This document shows positions 1 to 9,092 of a DNA stretch of 62,220 nt, piece by piece. Location: positions 1 through 62,220 of the forward strand of contig CAIUKV010000206.1 in NCBI GenBank assembly GCA_903899845.1, written 5' to 3'. Each line of letters opens with the position of its first letter. The first letter of the stretch is position 1. The DNA is from an uncultured Actinomycetes bacterium. Lineage in GTDB: Bacteria; Actinomycetota; Acidimicrobiia; IMCC26256; PALSA-555. The position numbers and the translations under genes were made by a program. The notes under the pieces were generated by a model. That model worked only from the letters and a program-made list of their open reading frames with translations. It did no database searches and had not been told where the DNA came from.

Positions 1-251
1 GCGGCCTCGCTCGGGCAGATCGACGCGCCGGGCGCCCGCTCGGCGAGGAGGCGCTCGATCGCCGCCTCGAGGTCCCGGTCCACCGGGCGCAGGCCCCGGC
101 GCCGACAGGCGTCGGAGCAGTGCCGCACCTCGTTCCAGGACCGCGCCCACTTCCGGCGCCACTGCATCGTCCGCCCGCAGACGGCGCAGACCTTCTCCGG
201 CGGATCGGGCACGGGGCCGACGCTACCGATCGGCGGTGGCGACGCGGACCG

Positions 252-2228
252 CTACCGGCGGCTGACCACGATCACCTGGTCGCCCGGGTTCCAGTGGACG
301 GCCGAGCGCTTGGGCGGGTTCACCACCAGCCCGTCGCCGAGGCTGGTGACCCCCGGCGCGACCACCGCGGCCCGGTAGCCGATCACCACGTCGCCGACCG
401 CGAGGCCGAGGCGCACCAGGTCGCCGAACGTCTCGGGCCGCTCCCCCGAGACCGCCGCGGCCGGCGCCTGGAGGCTGATCTCGGCGCCCTCGGCGTCGAG
501 CAGGTCGGTGAACACCGCGTCGAGCTCGGGGTTCTCCGAGAGCTGGGCGATCATGAGGCTGGTGAGCCGGTCGCTCACGAGGAACCCGTCGGCGCCAGAC
601 GCCCGGGCCAGCGGCACGTCACGGGGGTCGAGCAGCTCGGCCACCACCGTGGTCGCGCCGGGTGCGCCGTGCAACGCCATCGCGTGGCGCAGCTGCAGCA
701 GGGCCATCAGCACCTCGGCGTCGGCGTCGGTGGCCGAGAGCCGGTCTCGGTACGAGACCAGCAGCACGTGGTCGGGGGCCCTTCCGCTCCACATGTCGAC
801 CACGGCGTCGGTGTCGTGGTGGTGCAGCGCGCGCGTCGTGACGGTGAGCCGGTCGAGCGCGGCAAGGTCCTCGGGCGCAGGGAGGTCGCAGTGCCGGGGG
901 TCGGCCGCGATCAGCACGGTCGATCCCGGCGCCACGTACTCCGCCAGCTCACGCAGGATGATCGGGCCGATCTCGCTCCACCCCGAGAACAGGAAGTGCT
1001 CGGGTGCCCGCTCGGCCAGCGCCGGGGGCGGCGTCACCGCAGGCAGCGCCACCGCATCGGGGACGCCGGTCAGCGTGAAGGTGGAGTCGTCCTCGGCGAC
1101 CCCCACGAGCTGGTCGTCGGGACCCACGACGGTGCTCGGGTCGGGGGCGAGCTCGACCGTGCCGTCGGCCCGGCGCAGGCCCAGCACCGCGACGCCGTCG
1201 AACGCGAGGACGGCCTGGGCGAACGTCGCCCCGACCAGCTCGGGCACGGCCCGGAAGTAGATCTCCCCGCCGCCGAAGTCGAACAGCTCCTCGTACACCG
1301 CGCTCAGGTGCTCCTGCCGGCACGCCTGGGCCGCGAGCCGCCCGACCACGTCGTCGCTCACGATCGTGGTGATGCGGCCGTGGGTCACCCGGCGCAGCGC
1401 AGCGGCGCTGTGCTCCTCGTGGCACTGCACGACGATGCGCAGGTGCTCGAGCTCCGGGTCGAAGGTCATCAGCGCGAGCACGGTGCGGATCGCCCGGGAG
1501 TCGCTGCGGGTCTCCTCGTCGGCGAGCACGATCACCGACTTCGTCGCGGCCGGGTTGACCATGGCCAGGTCGACCACGTCGGAGCCGTCGCCGGTCCGGC
1601 ACACGATCCGGGTCGTGCGGGGATCGGGGACCCGGGTGCGCACGGCCAGGTCCACCGTCGCCTTCTCCACCGGGCTGAGGATCACCACGCACGCATCACG
1701 CTCGGACGCGTTGGCCTCGACCAGCTCGGCCACGATCGTCGGGAGGACCGTCGTGCAGCCGACGATCAGCGTGTGATCGGTCTCGGTGACGAGCCCCCGG
1801 CCCTCGCGCAGGCTCGCGAGCTTCTGGTCGAGCCCGGTGGCGATCAGGCCGATGAGGGTCGACACCACGAAGATGCCCGCGACCGTCACCAGGAGCGACA
1901 CGAGCCGGAAGTCCCAGCCCGCGTCGCCGCCCATCGTGCCCGGGTCGAGCGTGCGCAGCAGGCTGGCCCAGAACGCCTCGAGGAAGTCGCCCCGGCGGTC
2001 GTCGGTGACCGCGGTGTCGAGCAGCGCGAGCGCGGTGGCGGCCAGCAGCACCACGGCGAGCGTGACTCCCGCCAGCCAGACCATGAGCGGCGCGGTGCCC
2101 CGGGCGAACGTCTCGTCGATGCGGTAGCGGACGCGGGCCCGCCACGGGAACCTCGGCTGCTCGTCGCGCCGGGGCGCGCGACGCGGGACGCGGCCGGGGG
2201 TGCGCCGGGGAGCCGTCGTGCCGGTCAC
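252..2228 (-). CDS. CASTOR/POLLUX(DMI1)-related ion channel with tandem RCK/TrkA-N-like domains
   Basis: Two hydrophobic helices flank the pore-like segment FWASLLRTLDPGTMGGD, followed by RCK-type HTLIVG, VCRTGDGS and VVAELLDP segments. TAGGCT lies 6 nt before the GTG. Confidence 0.8.
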   Translation of the reverse strand: MTGTTAPRRTPGRVPRRAPRRDEQPRFPWRARVRYRIDETFARGTAPLMVWLAGVTLAVVLLAATALALLDTAVTDDRRGDFLEAFWASLLRTLDPGTMGGDAGWDFRLVSLLVTVAGIFVVSTLIGLIATGLDQKLASLREGRGLVTETDHTLIVGCTTVLPTIVAELVEANASERDACVVILSPVEKATVDLAVRTRVPDPRTTRIVCRTGDGSDVVDLAMVNPAATKSVIVLADEETRSDSRAIRTVLALMTFDPELEHLRIVVQCHEEHSAAALRRVTHGRITTIVSDDVVGRLAAQACRQEHLSAVYEELFDFGGGEIYFRAVPELVGATFAQAVLAFDGVAVLGLRRADGTVELAPDPSTVVGPDDQLVGVAEDDSTFTLTGVPDAVALPAVTPPPALAERAPEHFLFSGWSEIGPIILRELAEYVAPGSTVLIAADPRHCDLPAPEDLAALDRLTVTTRALHHHDTDAVVDMWSGRAPDHVLLVSYRDRLSATDADAEVLMALLQLRHAMALHGAPGATTVVAELLDPRDVPLARASGADGFLVSDRLTSLMIAQLSENPELDAVFTDLLDAEGAEISLQAPAAAVSGERPETFGDLVRLGLAVGDVVIGYRAAVVAPGVTSLGDGLVVNPPKRSAVHWNPGDQVIVVSRR

Positions 2229-2393
2229 GTCCGGAGCCTAGGCCCGCCCCGCGGGACCGCGCCGGGAGCACCCGGGCCCCGGTTGGTACCCTCCGACTCG
2301 GCTCGGATGCCAGCCGCACAGCATCCCGACGTGACCGCATCCGTCGCCCGCGACACCCCCCGGTGCCACGGGCCGCCGCTGACCGGCGGCGGT

Positions 2394-2426
2394 CCGGTGG
2401 AATCCCGGTGGAAGTCCGGCGGCGGA
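2394..2426. promoter_or_regulatory. 11-bp-period direct repeat (candidate OmpR-family operator)
   Basis: CCGGTGGAATC / CCGGTGGAAGT / CCGGCGGCGGA in tandem, in the divergent intergenic region. Confidence 0.35.
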
Positions 2427-2449
2427 TGCACGAGCAACGGGAGGTCGGC

Positions 2450-2773
2450 ATGACGGTCGACGAGCAGCAGGTCCGACGGTCGCTGGAGGAGCAGCTCGGC
2501 ATGGACGAGGCGGCGTTTCTGATGGACCGTCCGGTGGGAGGCTGGTCGGCGCTCGTGACCGATCGCTCCCTCGGGCTGCACCTGGCCGTGGTGACCGAGC
2601 GGCTCCAACGGGTCGAGGAGCTCCTCGACGCTCGGATCGAGGTGCTGCGCCACGAGATGACCGCCCACGTGGAGCGAGGGTTCCGGCGCCAGACCTGGGC
2701 CCTGCTCGGGGTCACCGTCAGCGGATTCGCCGCCGTGCTCGGCGCGCTGGCGGCCCTGACGGGAACGGGCTGA
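2450..2773 (+). CDS. Small coiled-coil protein with C-terminal TM helix (hypothetical)
   Basis: SD GGGAGG precedes ATG 2450. Heptad-like middle region and hydrophobic C-terminus TWALLGVTVSGFAAVLGALAAL. Confidence 0.6.
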   Translation: MTVDEQQVRRSLEEQLGMDEAAFLMDRPVGGWSALVTDRSLGLHLAVVTERLQRVEELLDARIEVLRHEMTAHVERGFRRQTWALLGVTVSGFAAVLGALAALTGTG

Positions 2774-2789
2774 CCAGCCCCGGCCGCTC

Positions 2790-3695
2790 GTGGCCGGGCC
2801 CCGGATGGGGCATGATCTCCCCGTGGCCCCGACCGTCCGCCCCCTGTCCAACGCGCTCGGCGCCGAGGTGACCGGCATCGACCTCACCACGGTGACCCCG
2901 GACGACGTCGCCGAGGTGCGGGCCCTGCTGCTCGAGCATCTCGTCTGCTTCTTCCCCGAGCAGCGCCTGACCCGGGACGCCCACGTCGCGCTCGGCCGGG
3001 CCTTCGGCGACCTCGAGGTCAACCCCAACCTCCCCGGTCCCGAGGGTGGGCCGCGCGAGATGGTCGAGCTGCGGGCCAGCCAGGGCGGGATCGCCGACGA
3101 GTGGCACACCGACGTGACCTTCCTGCCCAGCCCGTCGGTCATGTCGATCATGCACATGGTGGAGTGCCCGCCGATCGGCGGCGACACCATGTGGTCGAAC
3201 CAGTACCTCGCCTACGAGGACCTCAGCCCGCCGCTGCGCGAGATGCTCGAGGGACTGAGCGCGCTCCACGACGCCGAGCCCCACGGCAAGCCCGACATGA
3301 AGGCCCACCACCCGGTCGTGCGGGTCCACCCCGAGACCGGCCGGCGGTCGCTCTTCGTCAACACCCAGTTCACCCGGCGCATCGTCGAGGTCAGCCACGC
3401 CGAGAGCGAGGCGCTCCTCGCCTTCCTCAAGGCCTGGTCGATCCAGGACCGGTTCTGCGTCCGCTACGCGTGGACGCCCGGGGCCGTGGCCATCTGGGAC
3501 AACCGGGTGACCCAGCACCACGTCGTCAACGACTTCTCGGGTGAGCGGATCATCCAGCGCGTGACCGTGCTCGGGGACGTCCCCACCGGCGAGGCCCCCC
3601 GCTGGGACCCCTACGCCCCGAGCCGGCGGGGTTCGGTCGCCCGCCACGACACGGTGCTCGCCCGGGACCTGCGCGCCGCCGCGACCCTGGACTGA
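2790..3695 (+). CDS. TauD/TfdA Fe(II)/2-oxoglutarate dioxygenase
   Basis: EWHTDVTF (HxD), GGDTMWSN, HHPVVRVHPETG and WDNRVTQH. The start may be ATG 2805. Confidence 0.9.
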   Translation: MAGPRMGHDLPVAPTVRPLSNALGAEVTGIDLTTVTPDDVAEVRALLLEHLVCFFPEQRLTRDAHVALGRAFGDLEVNPNLPGPEGGPREMVELRASQGGIADEWHTDVTFLPSPSVMSIMHMVECPPIGGDTMWSNQYLAYEDLSPPLREMLEGLSALHDAEPHGKPDMKAHHPVVRVHPETGRRSLFVNTQFTRRIVEVSHAESEALLAFLKAWSIQDRFCVRYAWTPGAVAIWDNRVTQHHVVNDFSGERIIQRVTVLGDVPTGEAPRWDPYAPSRRGSVARHDTVLARDLRAAATLD

Positions 3696-3821
3696 CCTCG
3701 CCGGGCCCCGGCCCGGTTCGACCCGCCCCGGTTCGACGCGCCGCGCGTGCATCCCGAGTCCGGGTGCGACAAGATGACGCCACCGCCCGGAGCCGTCCGG
3801 GTCGTCATCCCAGGGGGTCCC

Positions 3822-5141
3822 ATGGGCCGCTACCTCGTCATCTCGTCCGACACCCACGCGGGCCCGAACTCGCCGGTGTACCGGGACTACCTCGACCCGA
3901 AGTACCGGGCCGCCTTCGACGAGGAGCTCGCCGAGCGCCAGGCCCTCATCGACAAGCGCCGCGAGAGCGCCGAGGCCTCCCCGTTCGTCGGCGACGACGA
4001 GTTCAAGGAGGAGTGGTTCGGCGTCGACGACGAGGGCAACAGCCTCCACGAGATCGGCCTGCGCGGTGGGTGGGACGCCGTCACCCGCGACACCGAGCTC
4101 GACAACGACGGCGTCGCTGCCGAGGTGGTGTTCCCCGGTCCTGACGCCGCCACCGGCACGATGGGCGCGCCGTTCGGCGCCGGGTTCATCCCCGTCGCCA
4201 CCCGTGACGACGACCACCTCCTCGCCGGCGCCCGCGCCTACAACCGCTGGGCCGCCGAGCTGTGTGCCGCCAGCCCGGGCCGTCGCGCCGGGCTGATCGT
4301 CGCCCCGATCGTCGGCGACCTCGACGGCGCGGTCGCCGAGATCCGGCGCGCCCACGCCGAGGGTCTCACCGGCGGCATCATCATCCCGCCGCGCTGGGGT
4401 GACCACGAGTCCTACACCAGCTACCGCTACGACCCGGTGTGGGCGACCTGCGAGGAGCTGTCGCTGCCGGTCCACTGCCACTCCGGTCCTGCACCCCAGG
4501 AGGAGTACGGCGAGGTGCCGGGCTGGATGAGCGTCTACGGCTACGAGACGATCTTCTACACCGCCCGTCCGCTGTGGTTCATGCTGCTCACCGGCGTGTT
4601 CGAGCGGTACCCGAGGCTCAAGATGGCGGTCACCGAGGCCGGCTGCTACTGGGTCTCCGACCTGCTGTGGCGCGCCGACATGATGGCGATGCGCGAGCAC
4701 GGCATGCGCAAGATGGTCGGCACCCGGGGCACCCTCACGATGCTGCCGAGCGAGTACTTCGATCGCAACATCAAGATCGGCGCGTCGAACACCCGTCGGC
4801 GCGAGCTGGGCCGCCGGTACGAGATCGGCGTGGACAACATCATGTGGGGCAACGACTTCCCCCACCCCGAGGGCACCTGGCCGTACACGCGGGAGTTCCT
4901 GAAGTCGCGCTTCTGGGACATCCCCGTCGACGAGACCGCGCGGATCCTCGGTCTCAACCACGTCGACTTCTACGGCTTCGACGTCGACCTGCTCCAGCCC
5001 ATCGCCGACCGGGTCGGCCCCACCCCCGAGGACCTCGGCCAGGACGACGCGGTGTCGGTGCCGAAGTGGGCGCCGTTCAAGGAGGCCGGCCGGCCCTGGC
5101 TGACCGGGCTCGAGGCCGGCGCCTCGCTCACCGACACCTGA
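3822..5141 (+). CDS. Amidohydrolase family protein (Amidohydro_2 type)
   Basis: ISSDTHAG, LPVHCH, EAGCYW and WGNDFPHPEGTWP motifs. Start refined to ATG 3822. Confidence 0.85.
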   Translation: MGRYLVISSDTHAGPNSPVYRDYLDPKYRAAFDEELAERQALIDKRRESAEASPFVGDDEFKEEWFGVDDEGNSLHEIGLRGGWDAVTRDTELDNDGVAAEVVFPGPDAATGTMGAPFGAGFIPVATRDDDHLLAGARAYNRWAAELCAASPGRRAGLIVAPIVGDLDGAVAEIRRAHAEGLTGGIIIPPRWGDHESYTSYRYDPVWATCEELSLPVHCHSGPAPQEEYGEVPGWMSVYGYETIFYTARPLWFMLLTGVFERYPRLKMAVTEAGCYWVSDLLWRADMMAMREHGMRKMVGTRGTLTMLPSEYFDRNIKIGASNTRRRELGRRYEIGVDNIMWGNDFPHPEGTWPYTREFLKSRFWDIPVDETARILGLNHVDFYGFDVDLLQPIADRVGPTPEDLGQDDAVSVPKWAPFKEAGRPWLTGLEAGASLTDT

Positions 5142-5160
5142 TCCGACCCTGCCGCGTCGG

Positions 5161-5205
5161 CCGGACCCGCCGGCCCCACCGGACCCGCCGGCCCCACCGG
5201 CCCCG
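5161..5205 (+). repeat. Intergenic tandem repeat, 18-bp unit built from 9-mers
   Basis: CCGGACCCGCCGGCCCCA x2 plus a partial unit. Confidence 0.7.
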
Positions 5206-5227
5206 TCCCGCACCCAGGAGCGCGAGC

Positions 5228-5974
5228 ATGGCCCAGAACCGCTGGATCCAGGACCCCCGCCACGGCCACGGCGCCGACGTGGTGCCGTTCCCGGCCAACC
5301 CCCGGCTCGAGGTCGTGTACCTCACCGATCCCGAGGTCCACGCCGCCGTGCTGCCGCCCCCGCTCACCCCACCGGCCGAGCCCCGGGTGCGGGTGCACTT
5401 CACCCGCATCGAGATCGACGGCCACGTGCACGAGATCGTCGGGTCGGTGAACCTCGACGCGAGGTTCGGCGACCGCCTCGGCCAGTTCTGCGCGGTGATG
5501 CCGATCGACCTCGAGACCGCGGTGAGCCCGAGCCGCGAGACCTACGGCGAGCCGAAGAAGCTCGCCGACATGGTCTTCGACCGTGACGGCGACCGGATCC
5601 GGGCCAGCGTCACCCGCCAGGGCGTCACCATCATCGAGGTGCTCGCCGAGGTGACCGGCGAGCAGCCCGTGCCGGCGCCGTACGAGGTGCTGCAGTACTG
5701 GTACAAGTTCCTGCCCGCGGTCTCGGGCGAGGGCTTCGACGCCGGACCGTTCCTGGTCACGCTGCACCAGACGGTCAAGGCCGAGAGCTGCGAGAAGGTC
5801 GAGGGCACGCTCGTGCTGCGGGACCTGCCCGGCACCCCGGTCGCCGACCTGCCCGTGCTCGAGCTCGAGTCGATGCGGCTGATGCGGGTGCAGACCGACT
5901 ACCACCACGTGCTCGAGGATGTGGTCGTCGACCCGGTCCGCTACGCGCGCCACGTGAGCGTGCAGTACTCGTAG
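5228..5974 (+). CDS. Acetoacetate decarboxylase (Adc)-family protein
   Basis: RETYGEPKKLA contains the Schiff-base PKK motif. AGGAG precedes ATG 5228. Confidence 0.8.
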   Translation: MAQNRWIQDPRHGHGADVVPFPANPRLEVVYLTDPEVHAAVLPPPLTPPAEPRVRVHFTRIEIDGHVHEIVGSVNLDARFGDRLGQFCAVMPIDLETAVSPSRETYGEPKKLADMVFDRDGDRIRASVTRQGVTIIEVLAEVTGEQPVPAPYEVLQYWYKFLPAVSGEGFDAGPFLVTLHQTVKAESCEKVEGTLVLRDLPGTPVADLPVLELESMRLMRVQTDYHHVLEDVVVDPVRYARHVSVQYS

Positions 5975-5989
5975 CCACTTGCGCGCGGG

Positions 5990-6532
5990 GTGTCCCACCC
6001 CGTTCCTATCGTCGTCGGCGTGGGCTGGTCGCTCGACGTCATCCGTCCGCTCGCCGGCGAGTCGGTGCACGACGCCGTCGCGCGTGTGTACGCGGGTGGG
6101 TTCGTCATGGAGCTCCACGACGACGCCACGCTGGTGTCGCGAGTTCCGGGTCGGCGTCGGGACCACACCCGTCCCACCACCGTCGAGCGGGCCGAGATGC
6201 TCGAGACGATCCAACGCCTCGACGACCTCGGGCTCGACCCGGAGGTGCGCGAGGAGCACCGGGCCCGGCGCCGGCGCTGGCCGTACTGGTACGTGCTGGT
6301 GTCGGAGCCGGCGTCGATGCAGATCGACGTGTTCGTCGACAGCGCCGAGCTGAGCGTCCTGCCCGACCGGGATCCCGACCGGGCCGAGGTCGAGTGGGCC
6401 CTGTGGTGGCGGGTGCTGCGGGACTTCGGCCGCCGGGGGTACTTCACCCACGACTCGAGCGGTGGCGAGATCCAGACCATCCCCGTCTCGTACTCCGCTG
6501 CGCGGGCCCGGGAGTACTTCCGCATCCTCTAG
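5990..6532 (+). CDS. Hypothetical protein
   Basis: GC3-rich ORF filling the gap after adc. Aromatic-rich motifs WPYWYVLV and EWALWWRVLRDFGRRGYF. No family recognised. Confidence 0.55.
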   Translation: MSHPVPIVVGVGWSLDVIRPLAGESVHDAVARVYAGGFVMELHDDATLVSRVPGRRRDHTRPTTVERAEMLETIQRLDDLGLDPEVREEHRARRRRWPYWYVLVSEPASMQIDVFVDSAELSVLPDRDPDRAEVEWALWWRVLRDFGRRGYFTHDSSGGEIQTIPVSYSAARAREYFRIL

Positions 6533-6589
6533 ATCCTCCGCACCGGCTGGCCCGGCTGGCCCGGCCGGCCCGGGCCCGGGGATTTCCCC

Positions 6590-6633
6590 TTGCCGGAGCG
6601 GGGTTGTGCCGGTACTATCGAACGTATGTTCGA
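6590..6633 (+). promoter_or_regulatory. SigA-type promoter with overlapping LexA (SOS) box
   Basis: -35 TTGCCG (6590-6595), 17 bp spacer, -10 TACTAT (6613-6618). Perfect TCGAAC-gtat-GTTCGA at 6618-6633 covers ATG 6626. Confidence 0.85.
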
Positions 6634-7876
6634 TGCCGAACCCGCCCCCGGCGAGTGCGCACCCTCCATCGCCCGTGCGGTGGCGGACGCGGTCGCCGAC
6701 CTGGTCCCCGGCGACGGGGCCGACTACGGCCTCCTGGTCGACGCCATGCGGTGCCGGCCCACCGACTGGCTGGCCGAGCGCCGGGCGGTGCTGGTGCGGG
6801 CCCAGCGGCGGCTCCACCTCGAGGCGCTGGCGGTCATGTGCGTGCTCGACGAGCGCGGCGCGGTCGACGACACGCTGGCCCGGGCCGACGGGGTGTCGGT
6901 GCGTACGGTCCGCGAGACCGTGGCCACCGCCCGGGCGCTCGAGGACCTGCCCGAGATCGCGGCGGCGGCCGCCGCGGGCGCGCTCTCCGAGGCGCAGCTG
7001 ACCCAGGTGGTGCGCGTCGCCGACCCGACCGACCCCGGGGCCGACGCGCGCTGGGCGGCCGAGGCGCCGTCGTGGTCGCCCGCCGATCTCGCGCACCAGG
7101 CCCGCATCCGCACCACTCCGACCGCCGAGGAGGGTCGGGCCCGTCGCGCCGCGCGCGCCCTCGGCTTCTGGTGGCGTCAGGACTCGGGCATGCTCGACGG
7201 CCGGTTCTCGCTGCCCGACGTCGACGGTGCGCTGGTCGCGTCGGTGCTCGACGAGATGATCGACCGCATGCGTCCGGCGAAGGGGCAACCGTGGGAGACC
7301 CGGGCCCGGCGCGGGGCCGATGCGCTGGTGGAGCTCGCCCGGAACTACGCCGACGTCAATGCGGTGAGCCGGCCCACCCCGCACATCGTGGTGCAGGTCC
7401 CGCTCGAGGGACCGGCGATGCTGGCCGGGGTGCCGCTGCCCGACGGGCTGGTCGAGTCGCTGCGCGCTTCGGCCGGCGTCGAGGCGGTGGCGGTGGACCG
7501 CACGGGCACACCGGTCGCCACGGCCCGCACCACCCGCACCCTGTCGCCGAAGCGGCTGCGGGCCGTGCGCCTGCGCGACGGCAAGTGCCGGGTCCCGGGC
7601 TGTGACCGTCGGACCGGACTCGAGGCCCACCACCTGTGGCCGGCCAGCTGGGGTGGATCCGACGAGATCCACAACCTCGCCCTGGTCTGCACCGGCGGGA
7701 GCACCGACCACCACGCGCAGCTGGTCCCCCAGGGTCCCTGGCTGCTCGCCGGCAACCCGAACCACCCCAACGGCCTCGCCCTGGTGCACCGGAGGGAGGT
7801 GGCCGAGCTCACCGCCCGGGCGGCCCGGTCGAAGCCCGGCGAGTCCCGGGATCCCCCCGATGGACCGCCTCCGTGA
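6626..7876 (+). CDS. DUF222 + HNH endonuclease (13E12/Rv1128c-like)
   Basis: DUF222-style helical N-terminus, RRGADALVEL, and C-terminal RDGKCRVPGC...EAHHLWPASWGGSDEIHNLALVC...DHH. Confidence 0.85.
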   Translation: MFDAEPAPGECAPSIARAVADAVADLVPGDGADYGLLVDAMRCRPTDWLAERRAVLVRAQRRLHLEALAVMCVLDERGAVDDTLARADGVSVRTVRETVATARALEDLPEIAAAAAAGALSEAQLTQVVRVADPTDPGADARWAAEAPSWSPADLAHQARIRTTPTAEEGRARRAARALGFWWRQDSGMLDGRFSLPDVDGALVASVLDEMIDRMRPAKGQPWETRARRGADALVELARNYADVNAVSRPTPHIVVQVPLEGPAMLAGVPLPDGLVESLRASAGVEAVAVDRTGTPVATARTTRTLSPKRLRAVRLRDGKCRVPGCDRRTGLEAHHLWPASWGGSDEIHNLALVCTGGSTDHHAQLVPQGPWLLAGNPNHPNGLALVHRREVAELTARAARSKPGESRDPPDGPPP

Positions 7877-7888
7877 GCCGGGCCCCGC

Positions 7889-8980
7889 TCAGGCCGGGGC
7901 GCGGGTGACGTCGAGGCCGCCGGCGAGGGTGCGGGCGATCTCGTAGTCCTCGGTGAGGATCTGCAGCACGCGGGCCACGCCGTCGGCACCGCCGACGGTG
8001 AGACCCCACGCGGCCGGCCGGCCGATGCCCACTGCGGTCGCGCCGAGCGCGAGGGCGACGAGCACGTCGCTGCCGTGGCGCACACCGCCGTCGACGATCA
8101 CCGGGACCGTGCCGCCGACCGCAGCGACGACCTCGGGCAGCGCGTCGATCGCCGCGGGCGCGCCGTCGAGCTGGCGACCACCGTGGTTCGACACGATCAC
8201 CGCGGCGGCCCCGTGGGCCACGGCCGCGCGGGCGTCCGCGGCGGTCAGCACTCCCTTGGCCAGCCACGGGATGCCGGCGGCGTCACCGACCTCGGCGACC
8301 ATCTCCCAGGTCCAGCCCACCGCTCCGGCGGTGCGTTCGGCGTAGTCCTCGGGGCCGTAGTTGGCACTGGCCAGCGCGAGCGCCGACGGGGGGTCGGGAT
8401 CCTCGAGCGTGCGCTCGCGCCAGCCGGGCCGGGGCGTGTCGACGGTGATGCACAGCGCCCGGTAGCCCGCGGCGGCGGCGCGCCGGGCGGTCCGGGCGAC
8501 CACGCCCATCGGGCCGAGCGCCGAGACCTGGAACGCCCACGCGCCCTCGGGCGACGCCGCGTGCACGTCCTCGAGCGTGTACCCCGAGCTCGACGACGCG
8601 ATCGCCACGGTGTCCGCGGCGGCGGCACCCTGCACCACGGCGCGGTGGCCGTCGGGGTGGAACAGCCGGTCGAGGCCGAACGGGGCCACGAGCAGGGGCG
8701 TGGCGAGCCGGGTGCCGAGCAGCTCGGTGGCGGTGTCGATCCGGGCGGCACCGGTCAGCACGGTCGGGCGGATCACGTAGCGGTCGAACGCGGCCTCGTT
8801 GGCCCGTAGGGTGCGCTCGGCGCCCGCGCCACCCTCGAGGTAGGCGAGCGCGCCCGGGGTCAGGTGGGCGTGGGCCGCCCGGCGGTACGCGGTCAGCGTC
8901 GCCGGCGCCGCCCCCGTCCCGGCGGGCTGCGGGCGCGCCGCCGACCCGGACCGTGCGTGCGCCGACGGCCCGGAGGACAC
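7889..8980 (-). CDS. FMN-dependent alpha-hydroxy acid oxidase/dehydrogenase
   Basis: AYLEGGAGAERTLRANE, ITVDTP, LAKGV, VSNHGGRQLDG and VDGGVRHGSDV. The start is uncertain (GTG 8980 chosen). Confidence 0.9.
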   Translation of the reverse strand: MSSGPSAHARSGSAARPQPAGTGAAPATLTAYRRAAHAHLTPGALAYLEGGAGAERTLRANEAAFDRYVIRPTVLTGAARIDTATELLGTRLATPLLVAPFGLDRLFHPDGHRAVVQGAAAADTVAIASSSSGYTLEDVHAASPEGAWAFQVSALGPMGVVARTARRAAAAGYRALCITVDTPRPGWRERTLEDPDPPSALALASANYGPEDYAERTAGAVGWTWEMVAEVGDAAGIPWLAKGVLTAADARAAVAHGAAAVIVSNHGGRQLDGAPAAIDALPEVVAAVGGTVPVIVDGGVRHGSDVLVALALGATAVGIGRPAAWGLTVGGADGVARVLQILTEDYEIARTLAGGLDVTRAPA

Positions 8981-9055
8981 CGCCGTGGGATGGGAGTCGC
9001 CCGACACGCACCCGGGTCTACTACGCCGCCGGTCGCCGCCGCCGGGGATCGCCTC

Positions 9056-9086
9056 GCCCGGGGGCGGGCGGTGCCCGCCCCCGGGC
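9056..9086. terminator. Perfect 14-bp GC hairpin after the 2-hydroxyacid dehydrogenase gene
   Basis: GCCCGGGGGCGGGC-GGT-GCCCGCCCCCGGGC. No U-tract. Confidence 0.55.
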
Positions 9087-9092
9087 ATCGGG

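Noticed and set aside
2307-2453. 48-aa uORF whose stop overlaps the 2450 start (ATGA)
   Set aside because: No SD, low-complexity product, and it spans the putative operator repeats. The overlap can arise by chance.
6626-7876. DUF222-HNH as an IS transposase
   Set aside because: No DDE or HUH motif, and no terminal inverted repeats or target duplication seen.
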